From Botryllus schlosseri (lineage: Eukaryota), in NCBI GenBank assembly GCA_051294905.1, contig CM119386.1:5518001-5582000 (forward strand): a DNA stretch of 64,000 bases, written 5' to 3'. The notes below the pieces were generated by a model. The model was not told where the DNA came from, did not search any database, and saw only the letters and a list, made by a program, of their open reading frames with translations. Shown here one piece after another: positions 1 to 13,858 of the stretch. A program made the position numbers and the translations under genes. Within the stretch, counting starts at the first letter, position 1. Each line of letters opens with the position of its first letter.

Positions 1-3000
1 TGTTATGACCAATCAATAGTGTAGCAAATGCTTTGTTACATCCACTTTGGTATTTTACGATCAAAAATTTAGACAACCTATACCTGATTATGAGACGATT
101 TACAAAACGGCATGCTCTCTTACAGACATTTAGCAACATCAACATTGTCGTAAAGAATATTATTACGACTAATTATAATCATATTTATATCAATTGAAAC
201 TCTGAATTTGTGGCCTATTATCAAAAAACCTTGTCACTGATATACCAGTTACTGGCACAACCAAGGAGTCATGAATATTATTGTCAGGTTAAATACAATA
301 TACAGTGTCTGGCTATTCTCATGTACTTTGATAACACAAGAAACTAGTAAACCAACTCAACCATATTCATGCATAACAATTCACGTCATCACATAAAATA
401 TACATTGAAACAATACAATAGAAACTTGTAGGTTCACAAAGATTATATGTATGAACAAAGACAGATGTTCACAATTCAACAACAACCAGCCATACAATCA
501 ATGAAACAATACATTTGATTCATCCGTGATAAATAGTGCACTTCGTAAAAACTAAGGAATATGAGTGAAAATAATGAGTCAATGTAGAAAGTAGGCAAGT
601 CTAATACTGCAATCAGTGGTGTAAAAAAACACTGTACACACAGCATACAAACTAGAAATGTTTGAAGAGCTTCTTGGAGGTACAGAACTTTAATATACAA
701 TTAAATAGTATATTCATATTCAATTCAATATGAATATACTATTTAATTGTAAACTAGAAATGGAATACAGAAAATTGTTAGCATAATCTGAACAGGTTAT
801 TAGTGACCGCCGTTTGGATTTGGAATTTTACTACAGAAGACCAGCATCAGCTCAACATAATCAGCACCACATAGGTATAAAATATAAGAAGGGTTGCGAT
901 ACCGTGCATATTTTCAAGATTAGTCCTTTTTTTTAAGGCTAATGTTTTATAAAACTACATTGGCCTTATTAATAATATTTGTGTTTATTTACGACTTGTG
1001 TTTTATTTTCAGCACGATTAGTCTACTGATTCAGACTGGGCGAAACTGATGACCTTTTGTCACTAACTTACGAAATAGACCGTTGAGCAGGCGATACTTT
1101 TTCAGTCATCAGTTTACAAATTCACACATTTCGCAGCTAGGCTACCAAGAGTTTTTGGCTGTGTATAGTGTTTGATCCACGTCGATGGCAACCTTGAATA
1201 TAACAGAATAGCTACATACCCACTGCCATGACATCGTATATTTGATCAGATCTGCAGATTGATATAAGTTTGAGAAAATGCAAGAAAGATGAATTGAAAG
1301 CCAGTGAAAGAAGCCCACACAGTGTCGCGAGTTGAAATACGAGTAGATTGATTCTACCATGACAGTAAAATGATTGAGTGATACGCAATGCACAGCTTGT
1401 TCACTGTAAAAGCACAGTCGCCAGACCAAAACTCATCCAATATTTAATATTTACAGATAATTTCTGGAAATTGTTTGATTAGAACATCAAAGTTCTCAAT
1501 CCGCACATAGCTTATAGAATATTAACAAATGACAGATTAGGTGTACAGTACATTTAGATTCAACCACATGCGTAAATTCAACCATTACAAGAAACATGCT
1601 TTCATCGGCCAACCATTGAATGGTTGTTGAATGATTGTGATGCAGAAGTGAAGTGGTATAGGCCTACTGTAACAATTTTAGAGCACGAGTTCATCTATTA
1701 TTTACTGCATCTAACACGAATATCTGCAGTATATATATTACAGTATTGGTACTTGGTATATACACAAATTCCATTGAGAAGAGCTCATGACACATTAATC
1801 TACATTAATTTTGGTTAAGGTTGGGAGGCTACTTGTGTAGGCCTATATGGCCGGGTATCACTCTGGGTTGGGGATCTTGCCAAATCACTATACCCGCTTA
1901 CCTCTACACTTTGATATAATAATAATATAACCCAAATGTGGTATAGGCCTACTGGCCTAGAGAGAGAGAGAGAGAAATTTATTCATGAATCGCAAAATAT
2001 AAAACAGGCACCAAAATAGCATAAACTTCAGAAACACACGGACACATACAAAAAATATAAGTTGGATACAGTGTCAATTTCAAAACAAATGAGACGTGTA
2101 CGATGTACAGTTCATAAAATGAAGGCCAATATGCTTTATGATTGCAAGATTAAGCTGCAGCAAAGCGATCTGTTGATCATCGAGTCCACTATGCAGCTGA
2201 TAGGAGTAGATTGGCTATGAATTGCATACATCGCACAGCATATTGTGTGAGGAGTCCAATAAAAGGGTATAATCAAGTGATGTAGAGAATATATGTCATA
2301 GGATTCAGAGCAATACAGGGACGGGGCCTAACATCAGAAATCATGTTCTCTCATTCTCCCTGTATGGAATCGGTGTCCTGTGCTCACACTACGTTTCATT
2401 TTTTAATTATTTTTTATTAAATTACTTCACCTTGGAGAACCATTGCTGCTCACCTGATATAGGCCTATCAGGTAAAACGTACCGAGATTCCAGAGTGGCA
2501 TTAATCATACATAGGTTACTTTTAATTTCTATCACCCACCTCTGCGGCTGACGGAAAGTCAATGAATTTCAATCAGCAGAATCTTCGAAATTCGTTGCAT
2601 TTGCAGCAATATGGCATTTTTCGTACACTTTTCGATACGGAAAGGCTCTATATTTATAGCTTAGCTATACGTACCATCATAATTCAAACATTCTATCAGA
2701 AGAACCAGCTGCGTTACCGTACCAGAAACAAATGGAAAATATTGTGCCACTGTCGTATATGATTGATAACATAGCAACAAACAGGAATTTTATTAGGCAC
2801 TGAAGCCAAGCTAACACAATAATAATAACCGTTACCGTGCCAAAATTCAGATTCGCTGCGCCCGCGCCTACACCCAGCTGTGATCGACTCGTAAAAACTG
2901 CTTGTGGCAAACTGTATGGAATCAGCGGTCAGGTGAAGCATAATTGGCGCCATGGGGAACTCGATATTTTTAGATCTTGAACTGTTTGCGACCACTGAGC

Positions 3001-3574
3001 TATGCGACATGCTATGGACGATGCCTTCAATGAATATTCGGACAGACGTGAATTCCAAGATAAATATGCAATTTTAATAGCGAACAGCGTGGCGGAAGGT
3101 GAGAAAGACAACACACGTAAGCGAAATATTGCACTCTGTGTTTACCGAAGAACCCGAAATTCACCCGGATTCTACTCAATCAAAAGGTAGTGACCGTCGT
3201 TGACAGGAATAATCATCAACCGATAACCAACTGAACAATAGTACTCAGCTTGTGCTATTTTCGGAACTTTGGTACTTCTAACGCGCCAGCGTGCACTGTG
3301 TACAATCGCTAAAATCACCCAGTGGAAGACATACGTAGATTACATACGCGTTTAACAGAAACGATACTCCTCCATAGTACGACGCATGTCATATGCTAGA
3401 ATGCGCCAGTAAAAAGGACGGATGATGGTTAACCGTGAAGCCATCTATTATGGTGACCGTCCTGGTAGCACAAGGCTTAGTCGGTCGGAGGAAATGATGG
3501 TACAGACCAATACATGTCAATAAATTTACAACACACAGCCCAGTTGGATTGACCTAAACCATTCCTTACGTCGT

Positions 3575-3700
3575 CTAGCCCCAGGTGGGTGTCTGATTTC
3601 AAAGACTACCTAAGTCGTTTCTGAACCTTCGTATCTCTTGGTTGTATCACAGTATCGTGGTGTTCCGATCTGATGGAATTATTAATAAACTTGAGTCAAA
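3575..3700 (-). repeat. Short diverged copy of the same RTE 5'-UTR motif
   Basis: GGTGGGTGTCTGATT core shared with the 16.8-kb copy. Confidence 0.5.
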
Positions 3701-4608
3701 CATCACGGCTGCTAATTGCAGTTATACAAGGCAGGGCCAGATCAGCGTAGTCGAACTACTTACCTTATGCAACTCTGCTCCCAAATACGGACATGAGATA
3801 CAACCACTATTCAAGTACCAGAGCGGCGATTCACACTTGAGGACCATATAAGCCCTAATAGTTGACATTCTCAAATAGAAGCAATATCTTTTACCACATT
3901 ATGTCTACAACTGTGTGAAGCTCCGCAACCATGATATCCAGTGTGAACAACCGTGTCAACAACGCCCTGGTTCCAAACCTTTTTCTAGTCACAGTAGGCT
4001 TTGCAGAAAATTTTCACGCTCATGCTCGAATAACCTATAAATTTTAAAATTTGATGCAAACCAATATCCTGGGAGACTGATTTTACTGACAATAAACCTA
4101 AATTTGAAATCCTAACAAAAATTCCAAGTATGACACGTCTGACTTTAGTTAGCCGGACTCCCAGTTGGCAACTACCAGACTAAAGTAACGTTAACAAGAA
4201 ACTCAAGTTGCAACATGATTATTCTGAGCGGAATAAGTTTTCACAATGAACGAGAAGGACACATTGAGCCTACACAAACATAAATACTCTAAAAATCATC
4301 ACTATCTAATACAGTACCAAACAATGCAATACAAGGCTAGGAAACGAGAAGATTAGAAAGTACCATAAATACACAAAACATCAGAGACAGTAAGTAATTA
4401 CAGAAAGAGTGCATTGTCGGTTTCACATCTGGACCTGTTTACACAATTCAAAAGCGGGCACAATAATACACTTTTTGCTAGTAAGTATATAACACCGTTC
4501 TTCCGATTCATCGACTGTGCAATTGCGGATGTCCAGTCAGTCAGATGAAAGGGAAGCGGTTCTTGGTACCGACCGTGTCAAAACTGCAAAATAATTGCCT
4601 CCGTGTAA

Positions 4609-5473
4609 CAGTGTTGGGATCAAGTCACTACCTTCGAGTCACGAGTCATTTCGAGTCATTGCACATTTTGACTCGAGTCAAGTCAAGTCAGTCCATTTTC
4701 GAAAGTGACTCGAGTCAAGTCAAGTCAGTCGATTTTTGGAGGTGACTCGAGTCAAGTCAAGTCAAGTCCCGAGTCAAGTCACAATTCAAGTCAAGTTGCC
4801 TTTCCCGAAGTATGAGGCATGCTTACGTCACGCAAGAAGGCGCTGTATCGCTCACATATACGTAGAACTGTTAAACCAAGTAAGTAATCGCATAGCATCA
4901 GTTTATAGTTACCAGCCAAAACAGAGAATAGAGAAACGAATTGATAAGATGCAATACATTACCCTTTTACTAATTGATATGATACAATTCGAGCCTGCGT
5001 CAGTGGGTGAGGACTATATAAACTATATTCGATTTCAATTTCAATAAAACAAGAGGTTAGGGTACGTAGATTTTGCTATTAAACTACTTTACTATACTAG
5101 TTTACGACAACGTAAGCTGTAAGCTTCGATCACTTCGTTTGCGGTCAATTTATTTGTGAGAGAACAATGGAGGCTCAGTAAAACGAACGATCATTGAATG
5201 ATTGGTCGCTCTCGGCACGGGTTACAGCAGCGTTTCGCTAACAATCCGAACATATGCAAGATACAGTGATTTTTATCGACTCCGATTACTTGATGACTTG
5301 AAATTGACTCGTGAATTCTGCTCCGAGTCACGAGTCAATCCACATTTATGATACGCCGAGTCAAGTCAAGTCAAGTCATTTTAGCAAAGTGACTCGAGTC
5401 AAGTCAAGTCATACGAAAAAGTTGACTCGAGTCTGACTCGAGTCAAGTCATGACTCGAGTCATCCCAACACTG
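4609..5473. mobile_element. Non-autonomous hAT-like element, family A (TIR CAGTGTTGGGAT; GACTCGAGTC/AGTCA arrays)
   Basis: Perfect 12-bp TIR; perfect 8-bp TSD CCGTGTAA. Confidence 0.9.
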
Positions 5474-5731
5474 CCGTGTAAACAGGACTCAATATGAATG
5501 CAAGCTAATCTACTAGTAGAACAGTCTTCAAAAAAATTACACCTGTGTAGTTACAAAACATTATCAAGTTCAGGCACATATAAACATGGATTGGAGTCGA
5601 CCGTTATAGCATTGTGTCTAAAGAATGCCTGTGCAAGCACCAACGGCCTTACTGCCGTGACAAACACCGATCGAAGGCAACAGAAGTGGAATATGCGAAG
5701 GGTTGTAGTACTCCGTTTGATACGGCGCGTA

Positions 5732-8700
5732 CTAATTGGGAGGCAGATTCGTGGCATCATGCATCCGCCTGGCTACATTGTGGATGTGCTCGATGCCAGG
5801 CCTTTTGTCAGGATCGGGATTGATACATGCCGAAACGAGTTCCCGGAGCTGAAATGAAAGATATACTACTACCGTGCTGCCAACTCCAAGAAATATGATG
5901 ATTGCATATATAAAATTTTCTTTGAAATATTTATCATAGTTTGACAATAGAAACATCCAAACTGTTGTGTCTGACGATAGTCGACAGCGCAAGTTGGTCA
6001 AGTCTTCGCTATAAATAGATACAGGAGCTAGCAATTCTCAATTCGAGTGGCCTACAAATATTTCACACAACGAATTCAGGAGGTAACAATCGACCAAATG
6101 TAAAGACTTGTCTCGTAAAGCCTAGAAAACTCATTGGCGTACAATAGAAATGACACTTATCACATTTAAAAACACCAAGTCGGCTGTGGATGCATACATG
6201 TCTTTTCTCTTTTACTCCTTGATTCAAGTCGAAGTGCTTGCTGTCTCTCAAAAGACAACAATACAGAGAATGTAAGGTATAGTAACCAGGCAACTCCTAC
6301 GACCATTGTAGTGGGACTACTTTAAAACACACCTGGCTATATCTCAATAAAACATTTTAGATATGTTACAGATATATACTGTCTGTCCAAAATTGAGGAT
6401 GACACTATTCACATATCATTAGTCAAATAAAGTTTTGGATGTATCATCCTCCTTTCTAGTACTTTCAACCTTTTCCGTCTGAAATAAATGTTGACTTGTT
6501 ATGTTAAGGACTAATTTCACTGTCAGTATTACAATTATACATAATATATATATTATTATACAAGTTCCTTTCCACTTCAAAACTTCATTACATCTGCTTG
6601 TACCACATAGAATTCTGCAGCAATAATGGATTAGTTCTACTGTATATTTTGTCGTTATCTCCATATTTAACGTCACTGGAGTTGTGATCACATGACAGAC
6701 ACAGTCATAGTCAACAATCTAATATACACCGATCGATGGAAGGAAATTTGGTCAAAATGGAGAGCAAAACAAGGAAGTAGTATCAATGGCGCTTCGTGTA
6801 CACACGCAGACCAACCAACAACAGCAAAACCACTGACCTCATCAGAATAAACGTCACCGGGCAGAGGTGGGTATTCGCAGCTTTCTATCTTTTTGCAAAG
6901 CGCATACAGATTCATCTTGTCCCCATAAAAAGGAGACTGCAGCGCCGCCATTTCATATAGCAGGCACCCCAGCGACCAGGTGTCCGACTTGAAGTTGTAA
7001 CCATTTTCGTGTATCCTCTCTGGTGACATGTAGTACGGAGTCCCGACTGTGAAAAAGAACAACAAAATAATGTCAGGTTTATCCAATTGCTGTTTCATTT
7101 TGTTCGGATTCGGGACCATGTACTTCATTTCAGACACCGTTCCATTACATAGTAGCGACACATGGTAGACACTGGCCGCTGTCAAGCTGAAAATCCAACC
7201 CGCGAGGCATTGGCTCAAACTCCATACTGAATTATTCATGCTAATTGATTGCCATGTAATTTTCCAGTCACACACAGAGTATTCCTATAGACCAGCGGTT
7301 CTCAACCGGGGGTCCGCGAAGCAATTTCAGGAGGTCCGCGAGACCTCTCAATTTTTAGAATGGTTGATAACCTAATTTTTATTTTATTTTTTTAATTTGA
7401 GAAAGCATGAGGCAGTTTCGCACCACAACTGCTAAAACCTCATGACTCATATCATCATAATAATCATCTGACATGAACTATCGTAGTGTCGAAATTCATT
7501 TTCATTGCCAATTTTCCAATAACCTGCTAATAGAAACATATTGCTGTTTAGAGACGCTTTGTTGGGGTTAGTGGAAAAAATAAAAATATGGAGATAGTAA
7601 CGTCAATCAGGGTGACTTCGTAATGTCTGCGAAACCTTCTCGATTTGAAGTTGTCAGTCTCATCAAATTAGTGAACAGTGGCTTGAAACAAAAATTTCCG
7701 TAGCATTTCCCTAATTTGTCCCGTTGCCGGAATTGAAACCTCGCCACCAAACCCATTATATCCTGTAATATAGGCTACATAACCACTATTTGAACAGCTT
7801 CTTGTAGGTACAGAACTTCAATATACTATTGAATAGTATATTTATATTGAAATGAGCCCGAATATTTTCGGCTGACATTTGTCATAAATTGGACAATGAT
7901 TTACCAGCTCTTGAAGCTTGGCTATCAGATTTGGTGCATTCTTATTGCGAATGCCCTATCGACAAGGCTGGTTTTTTGATGAACAAGGAGTGTTTCGTTG
8001 CTATCAAAGCATTACGCTCCAACCCTGTCATTCATATCACCAGTTATATTGGTATGCAGCCTTGTCTTGTTAATGTTTCATTGTTCATGGTCGAAAATGT
8101 CTCCTCGTAAATATATATATGTAAACCCGAACAGAACAAGTCGTTTCATGACAGTCTTTCTCAGGTTGGAAAACTTGGATCCATTCTTTGGCGCATAAAA
8201 TTTGTCTATACTTTAGATTAGGATTTCACTTTGACGGTAGAAACTCTCTGCGGGTCGATCAAAATGCCGTCGCGGGCCGAATCCGACCCGTGGCCCGTAT
8301 GTTGCCCGTCGCTGCGCTAGATGCTGGGCGTGATATGTTCATAAAATATATGTTTCCTCATTTTGGCGCCATAAATGTTGCGATCACACCAAAAGTATCT
8401 TAGGAAGCGTTTTGCGTTAATATTGCATTAGCCTCCATCTATCTTTGCGGAAATGGTTTCCGCCACTCCTCGTTCATATCAAAACGAAGACGCGAATTTT
8501 CAAGATACGACCACGTACTTCAAGAAATACAGCAGCAAGATTAATAAAATAATAAAAGGCTACCAATTTCTACATAAATAGCATCATGTTATTTTCAAGA
8601 ATAATTATTATTTTGCTGTTTATCACAAGCCTACAGTTCATATTTGCACAAAACAGATGAAGGTTGCACCATAATAGAGCTAAAATTGAACTAAAACTTG

Positions 8701-11700
8701 AGGGGGTCCGCGAGAGTCCGTGACGCTCAAAAGGGGTCCGTGAAGCCAAAAAGGTTGAGAACCACTGCTATAGACAGTCTAAATTTCCTGCAAATATTAA
8801 CTCCAACCTTACTGGTGATGCACAGCACATGGGGACGTACATTATAAGCTCGTTGATGATTGCCCGGTTCTAATGACAAATCTTATAGGATTACATCAGT
8901 ATATTGACTATTTCTAAGCCACATATAGTCTTTGTATGGCTGTCGCGGCCTACTCGACTAGCAAGAATTACTAAACTCACCCAGACTTTGAGCAAAACTC
9001 GTTTTTGAAGAAAAATATCGGCCCAAACCCAAGTCACCGAGTTTTACAACTCCTTGCGCTGTGATGAACACATTTGCCGGTTTGATGTCACGATGCATGA
9101 CTCTGTATGAAGAATTTCAATTACAAGACCAGACGCAATCCACCGTCGCGTGACGCGTCAGATTTGAACTTGATAATTATCAAGACCTATCGAGGTGCAT
9201 GGAAAGATTCGATATTCGACATATTGAAAAGAAAAGTGTGAAATTTAGTAGCATCAGTTTTATTACATTTTGTGTGATTTACTGGATATGAAGGCATGTG
9301 TGTACGACAATATAAGTCTCATGTAAAAGTCATCACCTTCTCGAGTGCATATGTTCCACAGCCGAAGCAAGTTGGACAAAATACTTCCAAATCGTGCGTT
9401 CTGGGATCAGTCTCCTTTGTTTCTTGAAATGCTGTCATAGGTAATGTGAAAATCAATGACTTTCTAATCATCCAGGATTGGTCACATACGTATAGATCTA
9501 CAGGGAGGCTTGACTCTAACTAGTTTGAAATTTAAATGATCGATTTCGAAAATACTCACCCGGTAAGAGCCCTACTGCACTGCATAAGAGGTACAGAATA
9601 TTTCACTATGTCTGGTTATCGGATGCCACCCAATACGCATGTGACTAAATACATTGTAAACAAATATACTCACTTTTATCATCCTGCTCAAGTCCCCGGC
9701 GTCTGCGAGCTCTAGTACAATGTTAAGTTCATTGTTTTCAATGAAGGATGCCAAGTATCTTATGACGTTCCGGTGATTCAATTGCTGTCGAAAGAAAAAT
9801 GATTGTATTCGAAAGGAACTTTGTTTGTGCTTCAAATACAATGTGCAAAATGTAAGAGACACAATATTTTTTCATTCTTTATAAATAACAGATCATACAC
9901 ATATTACTAAATGGATAGGCCTACATAATATTTTTCGACAAAATTCATTTCATCTCACCAGGAAAAAATATATTCTGGAATGTACAAGGTAATGATGACA
10001 GACAGTAACAAAAATTACTAAAAAGAATTCATAGTAGTAAAGTTGGAGTGATTTTGTCCTCACCAAGTTACCGCCATCCATTATATAGATCGCTATCAAT
10101 TATACTAGGCCTGGACTGCAATAATTATAATCAAACCAGCGCATTTTAATTCAATCACAAATGCCGGATCAAATACACTATCTGAAAATAGTAACGGGTC
10201 TACAACTTTCATTAGGAAATACACTATATTCAAGCAACAGGACGCAGTACACGAGTAGCCTACTGTTCTCTTCAGATGGCCATATCTTTCGAGAGATATT
10301 CACCTTTAGCAAATCAATTTCCTTGATACAATCTTGGCGAGCTTTGGCATCCATCATATCAAATATCTAGAAGTCAATCACACAAAACATGATTAAAACA
10401 AAGGAAGTGCTGTGAGACGTAAAAGGTATCACAAACTACTTTTAGAGTACCATAATATTGAACGTTAATAGAATCACAAATTTACATGTATGCCAGAAAA
10501 CAAAAAGTTGAATACTGGCTATTATTCTTGTTTTGATTTCAAAAACCAACTTAAGGGGACTAGCAACCCAAAAATATCAAAATTTTTGATTTTTTTTTTC
10601 GTGTAGGAAATATCAACATTTAATCTCTGCTGTCACCTCATGTCCATTTTTCACCAAAACAATAACTAAAACCTGCAAAATTTCGATTTTATTTTTCTTT
10701 GATAATTGGTGGGGGGGGGGGTAGTTTTTTTTCAAGTTCCAACCAAAAGATATCATGTTTCGTCCGATGACTTTATAAAATATATGATTTGACAGTTATA
10801 AAATATATCTATCTGTATTATCTCCGGGTACAAATTTGTTTGATTGTTGTCAGTTGGCATTCTAGCATTCTGGCACTCATTCTTATCGGTAACATTGGTA
10901 ACACTTGTTCATTGACTTTTTACGTTTCAAGTGTTTGATAGTTGTTTTCTCAATTGTAAAATTTTGTTGAGTTGCATCACGGCAAACCAAAACTTTGTTT
11001 GAAATATTTGTCGTAAATGCATCACTCAAGGTTTTTTGAAAAGCTGAGATTCATACCTGTGCTATGCTAAAAGTTTTTAGTCATAGGTCTACCATGTAAA
11101 GAGGTACAGAATGTCAGAGTAAACTTACAGCAAATTTATGATAAAAATTTGGATTTTTTTGAATTTTTGAATTTAGTAATGAAATTTATCCTAGGTGGGT
11201 TGCATGTAATCCTTCAAATTTTAGCATAGCACAGCACTGTCCTAGTACTTCCTAAAGAAGGCGTTAGATCGTAAAAAGGGCTTCACAATATCGAGATTTT
11301 GCATTCCCCGTGTCTGTGCATTTTCTGTCCTTGAAACACAAAAAAATCCACAATCTGCAGGGGAGAACGAAAATTTTTGGTTTTTTGTTTATAGCATAGC
11401 GACATCTAGCAACTGTGAAAATTTCATGGTGATGGGGGTAGCCATCCGAAATTTAGGTTTTAGGGTTGCTAGTCCCCATTAAATATTAAAAGCACAACGT
11501 AACAAAATCTGCATAGGTATACGCCATACGGTACCACAAATAAACCCAAGTGCAACTTTCCGTTGCACTATTTGTCAATCCAATTTGCACCCCTGTGGTA
11601 ACATATTTCAGTGCATCATCAGACATAGTCACACTAGTCAGCATTGTTACTCAAGTAGAAGTAGAAGTAGGTGAGATGTCTTCGAATAAATCTTCTGAAA

Positions 11701-12468
11701 GTAAACTAGTCTTAAAAAGCAGATTTGGTATGGGCATCGCATACTCTTAGTCAGAGGCAACTAGTTTCGAAATTGAAAAATGCGTGATCATGGCTAACAT
11801 GAACTGACTAGCGACAATGTAAATGGGTGCATTTTTCAAAAATATAGTCAGTTGCCATGATGCTGGTGCCGTTTCATTTGGTTGTCATCGCAATTGAACT
11901 CATGAAAATGAAGCAAACTTATAAACATACGTAAGATCATTGCATATGCATACCATGAGTGCACGATGCGAATATGCCACTGGAAGGTGCAGAAATAGCC
12001 TTGTAAGGCTTTCTACGTCTTGCACCACCCCTCCATGCTAACCCATCAATGCTGAGCGCCAAGCCGGTAAGTCATGGATAAAATAGTTTTACTAATCAGG
12101 CTCTTAACTAAGTTGAAGGTTATAAATTTGCAAGTAAATCACTCAATTCAATTGTAATATAGACTGCAGCCAGTTTGCAAATTAATAAGAGTATACTGGC
12201 GAGAATAGTGACATGTTTTCAACCAGTACCCAGCGAAGTCACTTGATAACAACAAAGCATCATACGACAACACACAATTGTGAATTGTGATCATAAAAAT
12301 ACCGACCTTTACTTTCTTCAGAGCTGTAGGTGTATTATCAAGCAAGCACACTGCTTTGTAAACTTCGCTGAACTGGCCGCGGCCAATTTTCTTCTCAATA
12401 TGGAAGTTTGCCAAAGAGTTGTATCCAAGCTCTGGTTTCAATGGTGGTCTTTTAGAGGGATCATCCAT
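5732..12468 (-). CDS. NEK7: NEK6/NEK7-family Ser/Thr kinase, 7 coding exons: 12468-12307, 10366-10304, 9784-9674, 9431-9337, 9102-8981, 7046-6838, 5848-5732 (879 nt, 292 aa)
   Basis: Manual splicing gives one continuous frame with GT-AG introns: [124 protein letters not shown]6 versus NEK7 cannot be distinguished. Confidence 0.95.
7293..8767. mobile_element. Charlie-type hAT non-autonomous element (family D) with nested insertions, in a NEK intron
   Basis: TIR CAG(C/T)GGTTCTCAACC; perfect TSD CTATAGAC; GGGGTCCGCG subterminal motifs. Confidence 0.9.
7785..8040 (+). pseudogene. Penelope-like element remnant: pLTR 3' half plus RT N-terminal fragment, nested in the family D hAT
   Basis: ...[19 protein letters not shown] resembles the region preceding the PDKG motif of Penelope-like RTs; adjacent reverse-complement half-hammerhead CAGCC-GAAA-ATAT-TC-GGG. 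Confidence 0.55.
10555..11477. mobile_element. TTAA-flanked MITE with GG termini (Kolobok-like)
   Basis: 15-bp TIR GGGGACTAGCAACCC / GGGTTGCTAGTCCCC; TTAA on the left, (A)TTAA on the right. Confidence 0.7.
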
Positions 12469-13852
12469 GGTGACAAGACTATTCGGAAACAGTACAAGTC
12501 TAAAATGCACCTTGAAATTATAGTTCATTTAATCAATGTCTTTTACCCGTGTAGAGCAGTTGTTGCATTGGGATGCGTACAGCGCCAGGAGATAGACGGC
12601 ACGGGAGCAGAGTAGCCAACTATATAATTAATTGACTTAATCGCCATTTTACTTCATTGCATCATTGGAACATCAACATGCGTTACTAACAAGTTACCAG
12701 TACTGTGGCAAGCATATGAAGCGCTTCGTCGGCATGCATGTTTGTTCATCTTTGACTAGTATCTTAATACAACCAAATCGATCAAGAATTGATGGCATGC
12801 ACGGTAAAACAAAGTCCACGTCCACACGACAACGACGGTACCCGTAACCAAAAGTCCAAACATTATAAATCGAATCTGTCGTGATAGTTCTTTTTTAAAC
12901 AACCGGAGGCGAAATATGCAGAGCGTCAGGTATTTATTATCAGCCCCGGCCATACTTTCAAACATCATTACTAGCGAAATCTCAATCGACTGCCAGTTTC
13001 CAATGGATTCTACATTCAACCATCAACTGCTCAAGCTTTGCTCAGCTGATCTCAAAACAAACGGGTCTTCACTAAAATGTCATCTAGGCAACAATCGAAT
13101 GTAAATCCCTTTTTTTATATTTAGCATCTGCAGAATATCTTATTCCAGACTTCAGTACTATATATTAGGAATTTATTTAAAGTAATAATCTTTAAATCCA
13201 CTGAACATGCGCTAGCCAAAATCTCGACTTTTCCGATTCCTGTCTGTACCACCATCATTGCCGTCTGTTTTTTGTATTGCGGTTGGATGAAAATAGTATC
13301 TCTCTCTCTCTCTCTCTTAGTATCTGGAATTGATAAAATGATAAACGGAGGACTAATGTTTTCTGCAAAACGTAGCTGGTTATCTAGCATACTTATCATA
13401 CATCAACACATTTATCAGTTCGCTTAGGTATTCAGAGACCACTTCATCTTCAATCTCAGTTATCTCATGAGCGAAATACTCAATAGTCGGTATTATATGC
13501 AGATGTAGCATCCGCGTCGCTTCATTCGCTGCGGAGACGTAAGATTTTTATTGAATCGTTTTTGAAACACAGTTTTTGATCGATCATGACAAGTAGGATA
13601 TGTATGGTAGATTTTGACACCACACCAAATAGCTGAAAAATCTAGCAGATGGATATTTTGGTTTAGTCACCAGTCCTTTGTATTTATAGATTGGCCAAGC
13701 TGCAAGCATATTATTGAATACACCCTTTGCCTAATGCCTATCACATCAATCACAGCTTGGTGCATAGTACATTTCTATATTGTGTTGTTCCCAAAAATTT
13801 CAATAGTAAGGGTTTGAAATAATCATGCATTGAGAAATCAATGAATAGGAAT

Positions 13853-13858
13853 TTTATT
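13853..13858 (-). terminator. Candidate AATAAA polyadenylation signal of CNDP2
   Basis: TTTATT on the plus strand, about 105 nt after the stop codon; hexamer only. Confidence 0.35.

Noticed and set aside
1016-1050. Hammerhead-like string ATTAGTC-TA-CTGATTCA-GACTGGGC-GAAACTGAT with a good stem III
   Set aside because: Core is CUGAUUCA, lacking the essential G8, and there is no stem I.
1200-1265. Possible minus-strand exon (CAG...SDQIYDVMAV...GTATGT) of a further gene
   Set aside because: Splice-like signals only; no partner exons or homology.
4609-5473. GACTCGAGTC/AGTCA arrays as a CRISPR-like array
   Set aside because: No constant repeat-spacer period; they are subterminal motifs of TSD-bounded MITEs.
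8110-8170. Minus-strand CTGAGAA...GAAACGAC resembling a second hammerhead
   Set aside because: Core does not match CUGANGA; single copy.
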